This document shows, piece by piece, positions 1 through 10,644 of a stretch of 64,000 nucleotides of DNA. The notes under the pieces are model-generated. The model saw only the letters and a program-made list of their open reading frames with translations, was not told where the DNA came from and did not search any database. A program made the position numbers and the translations under genes. The DNA comes from an uncultured Nitrospiraceae bacterium (GTDB taxonomy: Bacteria; Nitrospirota; Thermodesulfovibrionia; Thermodesulfovibrionales; UBA6898). Positions within the stretch are counted from its first letter, which is position 1, and the number at the start of each line of letters is the position of its first letter. The stretch spans positions 832,001 through 896,000 of the forward strand of contig CAWEQH010000010.1 of the NCBI GenBank assembly GCA_963811165.1. The letters run 5' to 3'.

Positions 1-1663
1 ACAAGAGCGGCATTATTAATTACGATGATGTTCCGGTAAAAACCAAGTCCGGGCAATATATCTACACGGATATATATATGGTCGACAGGGCAAGGCTGGC
101 ACAATGTAATATTCGCGATGTCACTGAACGGAAGCGGGCTGATGAAACACTTAAAGAAGAGAAAACGTTTATTGTAAAATGCACTAAATACACTGAAAGA
201 CGTATTCTTTGTTTTTGATTTAGAGGGAAGATTCCTCAGATGGAATAAGACAATGAATGTTGTCACAGGTTACATCGACGAGGAAATTGTCTTGATGAAG
301 CCTGCTGATTTCTTCCGAAAGGATGACATAGAGCGAGTATCCGAGGCCATTCGGAAGGCGGTTAAAGAAGGCAGTGCCAGTGTTGATGCAACAGTAGTTA
401 CCAAAGACGGGAGGCAAATCCCGTATGAATTCAGAGTTGTACTGCTGAGGGACTATACAGGAAACTTAATGGGTATCAGCGGCGTAGGGAGAGACCTCAC
501 GGAGCGCAATAAACTCGAAGAACAGCTCCTTCACGCCCAGAAGATGGAAGCTGTCGGACTTCTTGCCGGCGGGATTGCGCATGACTTCAACAATATCCTG
601 TCTGCAATCATGGGCTATGGATATCTCCTGCAAACGCATATGAGAAGCGACGATCCTCTGAGGGAAAACGTGGACCAGATACTCGTATCGGCAGACAGGG
701 CTGCTGAGGTTACACACAGCCTTCTTGCCTTCAGCAGAAAACAGATATTGAATCCTAAACCTATTAATATAAATGCCATGATGAAGAGGTTCGAAAAGTT
801 ACTTTCCAGACTAATCGGTGAAGATATCGAGCTAAGCACTGATTTTACAGACAAAGATGTAATCAGTATGGCTGACGCCGGTCAGATAGAACAGGTGCTT
901 CTGAACCTTGCGACGAACGCAAGGGACGCTATGCCTCATGGAGGACATCTAACCTTAGAAACACAACTCGTGGAACTGGATGATACCTTCATTCGAGTTC
1001 ATGGTTACGGTGAGCCTGGAATGTTTGCAGTCATTTCCGTGTCTGACACAGGCAGCGGAATGGAAAAAGAGACTATGGCCAAGATATTCGAGCCTTTTTT
1101 TACTACCAAGGAGGTCGGAAAGGGCACAGGGCTGGGTCTTGCGATGGCATACGGCATAATCAAGCAGCATAACGGCTATATCAATGTTTACAGTGAGCCT
1201 GAAAGGGGGACGACCTTCAGGATATATCTCCCGGCAATCGAATCAACGGAAGAAGTCATTGTGAAAACTGCAATTGAACCTCTTCCCTCGCCTGGGACCG
1301 AGACGATACTTGTGGCCGAGGATGACAGATGCATTAAGAGAACTTTTTTCAATTGTACTTCAGACGTATGGGTATAAAGTAATTCTCGCTGAAGATGGAG
1401 AGGAAGCAATAAAAAAGTTTATGGACAACAAAGATAAAATTCAACTTGTTATGCTTGATATGATAATGCCTAAAAAAAGCGGTAAAGAAGTGTACGATAG
1501 AATAAAAACAATGAGACCCGATATAAAAACTCTCTTTTCCAGCGGGTACACTGCGGACAGGATTGATAAGGAGAGTATGCTTAAAGAAGGATTTGATTTT
1601 ATCATGAAACCGGTATCGCCTAAGGATCTTTTAAGAAAGATAAGAGAAATACTGGACAAATAA
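1..1663 (+). CDS. PAS-domain hybrid sensor histidine kinase/response regulator (5' truncated by window; apparent +1 frameshifts at ~175 and ~1327)
   Basis: H-box AGGIAHDFNN, G-boxes DTGSGM and GKGTGLGL. Receiver continues in ORF 1274..1663 once one extra A in GATGACAGATGCA is removed (EDDDALRELF). Upstream PAS text joins after removing T175 (EEKTFIENALNTLKDVFFVFD). Confidence 0.85.
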
Positions 1664-2232
1664 TATGGGATATGCGTTCTTTGATGAACAAACAACGAAA
1701 TGCAAATCGAATATCGGGATGGCTCTCTAGTTTCCTGCTGAAAGTGTGGCCCGGTTACCGGATGAAAGTCTGATGTGTGGGCCTTCATTTTCAGATGAAC
1801 TGCCCATAGATTGGCGTGCAGTCACTCGTGCGATGTATAGGGAGTACATAATGCGCATTACAAAGTCTCTAACCTGTTTTGTACGGGACGTATTTAACAC
1901 CGAGCGGACTAAATTTTCGATTGTACTTCACACAATTATTACAAGGGCGCCCACTGTGATGTACAGCACATCTCATTTTGCATCTGGCCCTTTGAAGTGC
2001 AGATAATTAGCGGCAATCGAAAGTGCATCAAAGGTCAAAACGCGATGCCCAATTATAAAAAGGCCCTGACAATACCTGTAAATAATAATGCTGTCTACTA
2101 CACCTACCGCATCCATCTCTCCCTCTGGCCCCTATGAGCCCGGCGTTGGGCTTATCGCTCTGATAGCCGTTTGGTGACATTTAGCGAGATTTTTGTTAAA
2201 GTTCTATTAATTTTCTCGGACGGAGGCACGAC

Positions 2233-3036
2233 ATGATAAAAATAGGAATAGCCGGCGCGGCCGGCAAGATGGGAAGCAGGATAGTGACCCTATCGAAGGA
2301 GTACGAAGGGCTTCAGCTGGCAGCTGCCTTCGAGAGGGCCGGGCATAAAGATGCCGGCAAGGACATAGGAACAATTATCGGTATCGGGGAGACAGGCGTC
2401 AGACTGTCCGACGGTATCGAAAAGATAATCGATGCCGTGGACCTGATAATCGACTTTACCTCGGTAGAGTCGACAAAGCAGAATCTGAGGACCGCCGCGG
2501 CCGGAGGGAAGGCGATGGTTATCGGCACGACCGGATTTAGCGCAGATGATATAAAAGAGATCGGGCCTCTTACAAAGCAAATTCCTTGTGTGATGGCTTC
2601 GAACATGAGCCTGGGTGTCAACGTCCTTTTGAGGGTGCTTCAGGATGTGGCAAAGGCTCTCGGCGATGACTATGACATCGAGATCGTCGAAGCCCACCAC
2701 AGGCTGAAAAAGGACGCACCGAGCGGCACGGCGTTGAAGATGGCACAGGTCATCGCTGAAGCGGTAGACCGCAACCTGGATGAAGTCGCCGTCTATGCCC
2801 GGAAAGGGATCATCGGGCAGAGGACGAAAAAGGAGATCGGCATCCAGACCCTGCGCGCCGGCGATATCGTAGGCGAGCATACGGTGCTTTTCGGCGGCCT
2901 CGGCGAGAGGATCGAGATCACCCACAAGGCCTCAAGCCGGGACACCTTCGCACGCGGCGCGCTCAGAGCTGCTCTCTGGCTTGCCGCAAAACCGGCTGGA
3001 TTATACGATATGCAGGACGTCCTCGGCCTTAAATAG
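2233..3036 (+). CDS. dapB: 4-hydroxy-tetrahydrodipicolinate reductase
   Basis: GAAGKMG, IDFT, VIGTTG and EAHHRLKKDAPSGTA motifs; GGAGG RBS. Confidence 0.97.
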   Translation: MIKIGIAGAAGKMGSRIVTLSKEYEGLQLAAAFERAGHKDAGKDIGTIIGIGETGVRLSDGIEKIIDAVDLIIDFTSVESTKQNLRTAAAGGKAMVIGTTGFSADDIKEIGPLTKQIPCVMASNMSLGVNVLLRVLQDVAKALGDDYDIEIVEAHHRLKKDAPSGTALKMAQVIAEAVDRNLDEVAVYARKGIIGQRTKKEIGIQTLRAGDIVGEHTVLFGGLGERIEITHKASSRDTFARGALRAALWLAAKPAGLYDMQDVLGLK

Positions 3037-3042
3037 TAATAC

Positions 3043-3070
3043 CGAGGTAGTGGGTCCGCCCACTGCCTCG
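3043..3070. terminator. Hairpin between convergent dapB and rubredoxin (REP-like, probable bidirectional terminator)
   Basis: CGAGGTAGTGGG-TCCG-CCCACTGCCTCG stem-loop. Confidence 0.6.
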
Positions 3071-3074
3071 TACT

Positions 3075-3236
3075 TTATGCTTCTTTTTCGAACTGGTCTT
3101 TGGATGCGCCGCAGATAGGACATACCCAATCATCCGGAATTTTTTCGAAGGGGGTACCAGGAGCAATTCCGCCATCGGGGTCACCCGTTTCAGGATCGTA
3201 AATATAGCCGCAAACCAGACATTTCCATCTTTCCAT
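3075..3236 (-). CDS. Rubredoxin (53 aa, not in ORF track)
   Basis: Manual translation [53 protein letters not shown]; two CxxC motifs; AGGAG RBS. Confidence 0.97.
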   Translation of the reverse strand: MERWKCLVCGYIYDPETGDPDGGIAPGTPFEKIPDDWVCPICGASKDQFEKEA

Positions 3237-3420
3237 GTGAGACTCCTTGAAACTGGATTTTTAAGTATTTATTTATTTAATTGTATACGGTAACCGTCTC
3301 TTATACAAGCGGCAAACAAGTCCCAACATCCCCAGACGCATTAATATATATTTTACTTTTTTAAGTATGGTTTATAATTGATTTTTCCTCCCTATTCTGG
3401 TATAGTTGGTGCACTTTACT

Positions 3421-3951
3421 ATGGAACTTAGCGAGAAGAAATCTCTGTTAGAAGTACTGTTGTTCGTTTCGGGAGAACCCCTTACGCTAGGCGAACTGAA
3501 AAACGGCACCGATCTCCCTGAAGCCGAACTTAAACAACTCCTTGACGAGATGATGACCGAATATATTCATAGAGATGGCGGACTGCTCATTGTCGAGATC
3601 GCCAACGGGTATCAGATGGTCACAAACCCGCACTATGCTCCATGGATAAAAAAATTTAAAACCACCGCCTCCGCAGGCAAACTCTCGATGCCGGCGCTCG
3701 AAACCCTCGCCATTATCGCTTACAAGCAACCAATCATCAAGGCGGAACTCGAGCAGATAAGGGGAGTCAACTCCGATGGGGTGATAAAAACGCTTCTCGA
3801 CAGAAGACTGATCAAGATCATGGGACGAAAAGAAGTCCCAGGCAAACCTCTCCTTTACGGCACGACTCGCGAGTTCCTTCAGTATTTCGGTTTGAAGGAC
3901 TTGACGGAGCTTCCGACAATTTCGGAATTAACACGCGAGGAGGCGGCATGA
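3421..3951 (+). CDS. scpB: SMC-Scp complex subunit ScpB
   Basis: LSMPALETLAIIAYKQP, IRGVNS and GKPLLYGTT..FL.YFGL motifs; start could be slightly upstream. Confidence 0.95.
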   Translation: MELSEKKSLLEVLLFVSGEPLTLGELKNGTDLPEAELKQLLDEMMTEYIHRDGGLLIVEIANGYQMVTNPHYAPWIKKFKTTASAGKLSMPALETLAIIAYKQPIIKAELEQIRGVNSDGVIKTLLDRRLIKIMGRKEVPGKPLLYGTTREFLQYFGLKDLTELPTISELTREEAA

Positions 3952-5084
3952 GGAATTATGTCTTGAGGTCTTTGTCTTTGGTATCGCTCCTTGTCTTTTT
4001 ATTTATAGCATCCAAGGTCCAGGCATCTATCGAATATACCGTGAAAAAGGGTGACAGCCTTGCCGGCATAGCCAAGAAATACAAGGTGAGCGTCAAAGAC
4101 CTGCAAAGGGAGAACAAGGTCTCCGCCAGGCACATGAAGCCGGGTACGACTGTCATCATCACCGGCAAAAAAGCCTCTGCAAAAAAGAGAGGAAAGAACA
4201 CCGCACGATCCGTCCATGCCGGCAAAGAAGCCCGCGAGAGTCAGCAGGGAGAGGCTGAGGCATCGGCAGTAAAGGCCCCTGATACCCTTTATCACACGGT
4301 GAGAAAAGGCGAAACCATTGCCTCCATCTCGAAAAAATATTCGATATCCACTGACGAACTCAAAAAGCTTAATAACCTGAAGTCCCCTAAACTGAGAAAG
4401 GGGAGGAAGCTCCTTGTAAGGCATATAGGCCCGAAGACTTACATTGTAGAGAAAGGCGATACTTTCCGGAAGATCGCCAAGAAATTCGATATGGATGTTG
4501 ATGATCTGATGAAGCTGAACGAGATTGAAGCACCTTCCCTGACAGTCGGCCAGAAGCTCTACCTTGAAGAAAAGGTTGATCCCGCAACCGCCGACACTTA
4601 CAGCGAGGTGATAGGGAGGCGTGTCAATATCGACGAGGAGCTTAAGAAGGTCTCTGAGTCGGAGGAATTCACGGAAAAAACTATGCCCGACAAGCTTGTC
4701 ACATTCGCGAAAAAGCTGGTCAATATACCCTATAAATTCGGCGGCAACAGCATCCTTGGTATTGACTGCTCCGCCTATGTAAAGAAGGTCTACGGTCTCC
4801 TTGGCATCGAACTCCCCAGGACCGCCAGAGAACAGTTCCAGACCGGCGAGGCCGTGGACAAGGACGAATTGTCCATCGGCGACCTTGTTTTCTTCAGGAC
4901 TTATGCGTCATTCCCTTCCCACGTGGGCATCTACCTGGGGAATAACCTTTTCATCCATGCTTCTTCCAGAGGGAAAAAAGTCACTATCGACAGCCTGGAG
5001 ACCCCTTATTACCTCAAGAGGTTTATCGGGGGCAAGAGACTCCTGACAGAAGAAGAGGGGAAAGAGAAAGACCTCAATACCTGA
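3948..5084 (+). CDS. LysM x3 + NlpC/P60 peptidoglycan endopeptidase
   Basis: Signal peptide, three LysM repeats (YTVKKGDSL...), GIDCSAYV and HVGIYLG. Confidence 0.93.
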   Translation: MRNYVLRSLSLVSLLVFLFIASKVQASIEYTVKKGDSLAGIAKKYKVSVKDLQRENKVSARHMKPGTTVIITGKKASAKKRGKNTARSVHAGKEARESQQGEAEASAVKAPDTLYHTVRKGETIASISKKYSISTDELKKLNNLKSPKLRKGRKLLVRHIGPKTYIVEKGDTFRKIAKKFDMDVDDLMKLNEIEAPSLTVGQKLYLEEKVDPATADTYSEVIGRRVNIDEELKKVSESEEFTEKTMPDKLVTFAKKLVNIPYKFGGNSILGIDCSAYVKKVYGLLGIELPRTAREQFQTGEAVDKDELSIGDLVFFRTYASFPSHVGIYLGNNLFIHASSRGKKVTIDSLETPYYLKRFIGGKRLLTEEEGKEKDLNT

Positions 5085-5179
5085 TTTTTCGGTTATCTTC
5101 CGTTGCTTCTTTAGTGAAGCCTTTGTCCTTCCCGTATCGAGTCGTATTGAAAAGCCGGGCGACGATATTTTATTCTTAA

Positions 5180-5560
5180 GTGGAAATGCAGAACTATCTG
5201 ATTATTGGTTTGGGCGGATTTTTAGGCGCGGTCACCCGATACGCCGTCTCGCTCTGGATAGGACAGAGATGGGGCAGGAGTTTTCCCTTAGGCACTTTCT
5301 TCATCAACGTAAGCGGGAGCTTCCTCATCGCACTGGTAATGTCTCTGTCGATTGAACGGCTGATGATCAGCCCCCAGTGGAGATTGTTTCTGGCAGTGGG
5401 TTTTTTGGGGGCCTATACAACTTTTTCGACCTTTGAGTTTGAAACGGGGAACCTCCTCAGAGACGGGGAATGGATGATCGCCGGGATAAACGTAGTGTTC
5501 AGCGTAGCAGCAGGGTTCATCGCACTGAAGGCGGGTGAAGTTATCTCAAAGATGATATAG
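5180..5560 (+). CDS. crcB: Fluoride efflux channel CrcB/FluC
   Basis: GGFLGA..RY, FPLGT..IN and GFLGAYTTFSTF motifs. Confidence 0.96.
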   Translation: MEMQNYLIIGLGGFLGAVTRYAVSLWIGQRWGRSFPLGTFFINVSGSFLIALVMSLSIERLMISPQWRLFLAVGFLGAYTTFSTFEFETGNLLRDGEWMIAGINVVFSVAAGFIALKAGEVISKMI

Positions 5561-5566
5561 GAGTCT

Positions 5567-5911
5567 GTGATGGTGACAAAGGGACCGGCAAAAAAACTTA
5601 CCGTGTACGTGGACGAGACTGACAAGATCGGCGGCAGGCCCTTGTATGAAGTGTTGATGGACATCTTTTACAGAAAGAAGATGGCCGGCGTGAGCGTCTT
5701 CAGGGGGGTCGCCGGCTACGGCAGCGACGGCGTTTTCCATACGTCGAAGATGCTCGAACTATCTACAAGCCTCCCGGTAAAGATCGAGGCCGTTGATTCG
5801 GTGGAAATGATCACGAGCATCCTGCCCGATGTCGCCGATATCGTCGGGAAAGGACTTATAGAAATCAGCGACACCTATGTCGTCAAATGCTGTCAACCAA
5901 AAAAATCCTGA
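5567..5911 (+). CDS. DUF190 (PII-like) protein
   Basis: LTVYVDE..PLYE, AGVSVFRGVAGYG and LPVKIE; usual neighbour of crcB. Confidence 0.9.
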   Translation: MMVTKGPAKKLTVYVDETDKIGGRPLYEVLMDIFYRKKMAGVSVFRGVAGYGSDGVFHTSKMLELSTSLPVKIEAVDSVEMITSILPDVADIVGKGLIEISDTYVVKCCQPKKS

Positions 5912-6109
5912 TCATCCCCCTACCTATGTCACTTCGTGGATGTGGGCGATCGAAAAAAACATTAGGGCCGCCTTTTTCTTGTCAAATCCCTTTTTTAAGT
6001 GTTATCCTTTTCTCATGCGGAAAATCTATTCAGTATCAATTCGACCGGCTCTGACATACCCTTCCAAAGAGAGAGCAGATACTATTTTGACGGCCATAAA
6101 GGATATACC

Positions 6110-7285
6110 ATGTTACATCTGAAACGACAACTGCCTTACAGGCCCACGGAAAGAATGAACGTTGTCAGCTACCCGATAAGGGACATCGTAATGGAGGCGA
6201 AGCGCGAAGAGGCGAAGGGCAAGAAGATGATTTACCTCAACATCGGGGACCCGCCGCAGTACGGCTTCGAACCGTTTAAAGTGATCGCCGAAGCGGTGAA
6301 AAATGCGCTCGACGAAAACTGGAAAGGCTACGCCCCGTCTGAAGGCGACGAACGGTTCAGGAAAACGGTCGCAAAGATAGAGAAGTGCAGCCCCGAAGAC
6401 GTCTTTGCCGTCGCCGGTCTCACCGAGGGCATAGACTTTTTTTTCCATTCGTTCATCGGGTTCGGGGAGAAGGTGCTGCTTCCGAACCCGGTCTATCCGC
6501 TTTACCTGAGCAAAGCGAAACAGTTCGAGGGCGACAGCGTCTTTTACCGGCACGATGCCGAAGGCCAGATAGACATAGGAAATCTGGCGAAGAAGATCGA
6601 GGGCGCAAAGGCGATGGTGATCATCAACCCCAATAACCCTTTGGGCTCCGTGTATTCCGAGAAAAACCTCGCAGAGGTGGTTAAGCTCTGTGCCGAATAC
6701 GACGTTCCGATATTTTACGACGGGTCCTACGACCGGCTGATCCTGGAAGGCAAACCGGTGGACTTCAGGAAGGTAGCGAGGGACAAGGTGCCGTTCATAT
6801 ACGGGAGCTCACTTTCCAAGGACTTCAGCTACACCGGCGCGAGGATAGGATGGGTAGCGTTCCACGGCGACAGGTGGTCAGAGGTCAAGAATGCATTCTT
6901 CCTCCTCTGCAACCAGCGCCTTTCCGTAAATTGGGAATACCAGAGGGCGGCCGCAACCGCAATGGTGCACCCTTCATACCCGGCATACATCGCGGACATG
7001 AACCGGAAGCTTATCGAGCGGCGTGATACATTCGTGAAAATGGCCGGGAAACTGCCTCTTTCGTTCCCGGTCCCCAAGGGCGCGTTCTATGCGTTTATAA
7101 AAATAGAAACTCAGAAATGGAGGAAGGACCTGCAATTCGTGCGCGCTGCGCTTAAGGAGGGAGTCGTCTTCGTCCCGGGTTCAGGGTTCGGGAGGCAGGA
7201 GGACGGAGTGTATTTCAGGAGCACTTTCCTGCCCGAGCCGCACATAATCGAAGAGGCTTTCTCCAAAATCAAAAGGATATTATAA
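6110..7285 (+). CDS. PLP-dependent class I/II aminotransferase (alanine/aspartate type)
   Basis: YPIRD..LNIGDP, INPNNPLG and SLSKDF..GARIGW; start chosen at ATG 6110 after AAGGA. Confidence 0.9.
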   Translation: MLHLKRQLPYRPTERMNVVSYPIRDIVMEAKREEAKGKKMIYLNIGDPPQYGFEPFKVIAEAVKNALDENWKGYAPSEGDERFRKTVAKIEKCSPEDVFAVAGLTEGIDFFFHSFIGFGEKVLLPNPVYPLYLSKAKQFEGDSVFYRHDAEGQIDIGNLAKKIEGAKAMVIINPNNPLGSVYSEKNLAEVVKLCAEYDVPIFYDGSYDRLILEGKPVDFRKVARDKVPFIYGSSLSKDFSYTGARIGWVAFHGDRWSEVKNAFFLLCNQRLSVNWEYQRAAATAMVHPSYPAYIADMNRKLIERRDTFVKMAGKLPLSFPVPKGAFYAFIKIETQKWRKDLQFVRAALKEGVVFVPGSGFGRQEDGVYFRSTFLPEPHIIEEAFSKIKRIL

Positions 7286-7342
7286 ACCTGACCGTATTAT
7301 TCATAAACCCCTAAAGGAAGTATCTTGACAATGGAGGCATTA

Positions 7343-7939
7343 ATGAAAAGACATTTAAGACATCTTGTTTTTATTCTTTTGGCGACGATGTTATCGGCAC
7401 TCTCGGGCTGCGGGTACAACCAGATACAGACAAACGAAGAAGCGGTGAAGGCCGCCTGGGGTGACGTCGAGGCTTCATACCAAAGAAGAAACGACCTGAT
7501 CCCCAACCTCGTAGAAGTCGTCAAGGGCTATGCGAAACACGAAAAAGAAACGCTTACCCAGGTAACAGAGGCCAGGGCAAAGGTGGGCTCGATCCAGATG
7601 TCCAAAGACATGATAAACAACCCCCAGGCCCTCCAGCAGTTCCAGCAGGCACAGGGCGCACTATCGAGCGCTCTGCAGCGGCTGATGGTGGTAGTCGAGA
7701 AATATCCGGACCTCAAGGCAAACCAGAATTTTCAGGACCTGCAGCACCAACTCGAAGGGACTGAAAACCGGATCAATGTTGCCCGCGTCCGTTACAACAA
7801 GGCGGTGGAGACCTTCAACGTTTCCATCAGGACGTTCCCTAACAGCATGACAAACAGCCTGCTCCTGCACCTTCAGTTAAAAGAACCTTTTAAGGCAGAG
7901 GCCGGGGCGGAGAAGGCGCCAAAGGTACAGTTTCAATAG
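7343..7939 (+). CDS. lemA: LemA family protein
   Basis: [27 protein letters not shown] and LEGTENRI motifs; GGAGG RBS. Confidence 0.95.
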   Translation: MKRHLRHLVFILLATMLSALSGCGYNQIQTNEEAVKAAWGDVEASYQRRNDLIPNLVEVVKGYAKHEKETLTQVTEARAKVGSIQMSKDMINNPQALQQFQQAQGALSSALQRLMVVVEKYPDLKANQNFQDLQHQLEGTENRINVARVRYNKAVETFNVSIRTFPNSMTNSLLLHLQLKEPFKAEAGAEKAPKVQFQ

Positions 7940-7953
7940 CGGTTAAGGACGAC

Positions 7954-8998
7954 GTGATTACTTCTCGCTTTATAAGGAGGTTTTTCTACAATTCTACGGC
8001 TCGCGCCGCTGCAGCACCGAAACTCGCCTCGAATGATTTCGGGACTCAGACAGTCGGTTCTGCTGACGCTTCTCTTGGCCAAGAATTGTTGACGAAAAGC
8101 CTCCAAGTCGCTCGAATCAACCACATCGCCCTTTCTTTCTCACTGGCAGCAGTCGTATTTTTAATTTTTGTCGGGCATGCTCTTGCCCTCGATGTGCCTA
8201 AGCTGCAAGGATACGTGAATGATTATGCAAACATGATCTCGCCCCAAGCAAAGGGGGAACTCGAAAACGAGCTGAAGAATTTCGAGCAGACCGACTCGAC
8301 ACAGATAGTGATCCTGACCGTTCCTTCCCTCGAGGGGGAAGTGATCGAGGACTTCGACATCAAGGTCGCAGAGGCATGGAAGATAGGGCAAAAAGGAAAG
8401 GACAACGGCGTAATCTTCGTCGTTTCGAAACAGGACAGAAAGATGAGAATCGAGGTGGGGCGCGGGCTCGAAGGCAAGTTGACAGACCTGATGGCCGGAA
8501 GGATAATAGACCTCGTGGTAAAACCGAGGTTCAAGAGAGGAGACTATGACGGAGGGTTCATAGCGGGCGTCTCGGCGCTTATTGATACAACGCGCGGAGA
8601 ATTTAAGGCGGATGGAAACCATCGCGGCCAACAAACGTGAATCGTCTTCTCGTCTCTTCACTTTTCTCATATTCATCGGCATTGCAGTCGTCGTCCTCGG
8701 GAGCGTATCCCGCCCCCTCGGAGCGATTGGAGGGGCGTTGGGCTTGCCCCTGAGTGTCTTTCTGGCTTCCGTATCCGTAGGCCTGGTCGGCTTTCTCATC
8801 CTCGCCATCGTGGGTGTCGCCGCCGGACTTCTGCTTCCCTCCCTCTTCTCGTCGGGCGGACGGGGAGGAGGCTTCGGACCCGGCGGGTTTTACGGCGGAG
8901 GGTTCGGAGGGGGCGGATTCGGCAGCGGCGGCGGCAGCGACTTCGGCGGCGGTGGTGGAGGCGACTTCGGCGGCGGCGGGGCGTCGGGAGACTGGTAA
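7954..8998 (+). CDS. TPM-domain (YgcG-like) membrane protein with Gly-rich tail; split by one frameshift near 8620-8640
   Basis: ORF 7954..8640 has the TPM domain (WKIGQKGKDNG, RIEVGRGLEG). ORF 8582..8998 has the TM helices and GGGDFGGGGASGDW tail typical of the same protein. Confidence 0.85.
7976..8104. repeat. Long imperfect palindromic element within the 5' coding region of the TPM gene
   Basis: GGAGGTTTTTC-TACAATTCT (7976-7995) pairs with AGAATTGT..GAAAAGCCTCC (8082-8104); inner GCAGCACCGA (8011-8020) pairs with TCGGTTCTGC (8054-8063). Confidence 0.65.
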
Positions 8999-9633
8999 TG
9001 GGACAGAGAGCCGAACTTTTTTTTACGAAAGAAGAAAAGGAAAGGATAAAGGACACCACCAAAGAGGTGGAGTGCCGCACCTCCGGCGAGATCGTGGTAA
9101 TGGTGGTGGACAGAAGCGACGATTATCTCGACGGTGAGGTGATCGGCGGCGTCGTGGGCGGGAGCCTGGTAGCGATGGCGATAACAGCCCTGTTTCTTAA
9201 CGCCTCGATATGGTTTTTCATACCCCTGACATTCATCTTCTTCTTCCCTTTCAGATTTATCTTCAGGAAATATCATCCTCTCAGGACCGCCTTTCTGAGC
9301 GCGCGCAGAAGGGAGCACGCGGTGCGTCACCGTGCCATAAGGGCCTTCCATGAAAAGGGGCTGACAAGGACAAAGGAACACACCGGCGTTCTCTTCTTCA
9401 TCTCACTCCTCGAACGGAAGGTCTGGGTGCTGGCCGACAGGGGGATACATGAAAAGATCGGACAGGAGACCCTGAACAAATTGGCCTCACAGGTATCAAA
9501 GGGCGTCGCCGAAGGCCGCGCCTGCGATGCGCTCTGCGAGACGATCAAAGAGGCAGGAGACCTGCTCTCCCGTCACTTCCCCTGTAGCACCGATGACACC
9601 GACGAACTGCCAAACGGAGTGATTACGCAATAG
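8998..9633 (+). CDS. TPM-domain membrane protein (partner in lemA operon)
   Basis: E.RTSGEIVV, F.EKGLTRT..TGVLFF, LADRGI and DELPN. Confidence 0.88.
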   Translation: MGQRAELFFTKEEKERIKDTTKEVECRTSGEIVVMVVDRSDDYLDGEVIGGVVGGSLVAMAITALFLNASIWFFIPLTFIFFFPFRFIFRKYHPLRTAFLSARRREHAVRHRAIRAFHEKGLTRTKEHTGVLFFISLLERKVWVLADRGIHEKIGQETLNKLASQVSKGVAEGRACDALCETIKEAGDLLSRHFPCSTDDTDELPNGVITQ

Positions 9634-9796
9634 TACCGGCCTCTGAGCGGCCGCATATCAAATTTTTTCTTATCCCCCTACCCAAGTAGGATTGAATATC
9701 CGTCTCACAAATCGCAAACTATACCCATAATCGGAGCAAATGGGATAACCGGTTATCGCGGCAAACGCGATTAATGAACCAAAGTGAGGCGCTAGA

Positions 9797-10582
9797 GTGA
9801 ACAAAGAAACATACCTAAGAGATATGAAAATCCGTTTCCGTCTGACGCCGAGGGAAACCGATGCGCTCAGAGGTCTTCTTGACGGTCTGAAAAATGCCGA
9901 GATTGCAAAACATCTGACGATTGCGGAACAGACTGTCAAGGACCACCTGAGCAGGATATATAAGAAAGTGGGCGTAAAGAACAGATTTGAACTCATGCGT
10001 TATCTCATTAAGTCATTCGGCAAAAAGGCAAGGGCTCATGTCCCTGCGCCGCTGCCTGCGGACAAAGAGCTTACGGAAAGATCCCTTACCGACGAACTTA
10101 CGGGAATGTATAACCGCAGGGGTTTCCTGGCGCTTGCTGAGCAGCAGATGAAGATTGCCAGGAGACAAAAAAAGAGCGCGTGTGTGTTACATGCAGAAGT
10201 TGAAAAAAATAAGGATATTACTGATACATCCGGGCCAAACTGCGGAGAGGTCTCACTGAAAGATGCAGCCAATATACTTCGAGACACTTTCCGTGAATCA
10301 GATGTCATTGCCAGGGTGGCAGGTGACAAGTTTGCAGTCATTCCGATCGGGGCCACTGAAGCCGAGGCGGAAAGGGTTGTCTCCAGATTTCAAAAGAACC
10401 TTGAGCTATTCAACTCCAAGAGAAACAGCGACCGGGCATTATCGATAAGTTACGGCACCTCTTGCTGCGATCTGAAAAGTCTTTGCCGCTTGGATGAACT
10501 CTTTTTGCAGGAAGACAATTCGACTGAAAAAGAGAGCGAGAGAAGAGAGGATGAGGAAGAGAGCGGCCCTCTCAGGAAGTAA
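9797..10582 (+). CDS. LuxR-type HTH fused to degenerate GGDEF domain
   Basis: LTPRE..GLKNAEIA..TVKDHLSRIYKK HTH; DELTGMYNRRGF; active site reads AGDKF. Confidence 0.85.
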   Translation: MNKETYLRDMKIRFRLTPRETDALRGLLDGLKNAEIAKHLTIAEQTVKDHLSRIYKKVGVKNRFELMRYLIKSFGKKARAHVPAPLPADKELTERSLTDELTGMYNRRGFLALAEQQMKIARRQKKSACVLHAEVEKNKDITDTSGPNCGEVSLKDAANILRDTFRESDVIARVAGDKFAVIPIGATEAEAERVVSRFQKNLELFNSKRNSDRALSISYGTSCCDLKSLCRLDELFLQEDNSTEKESERREDEEESGPLRK

Positions 10583-10644
10583 TTATCGGCAAAGGGTATC
10601 GCTTATCTCATGGGGCTCGACCCAAATACGTTATCTGCTACAAA

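Noticed and set aside
1664..2230. 86-aa ORF and intergenic region before dapB
   Set aside because: No RBS, motif or convincing structure.
5085..5180. Fluoride riboswitch upstream of crcB
   Set aside because: No GGCGATGG..CGCC / GCTAATGAC-type core is recognisable.
8860..8995. GGC-rich repeat tract
   Set aside because: Encodes the normal Gly-rich tail of TPM/YgcG proteins.
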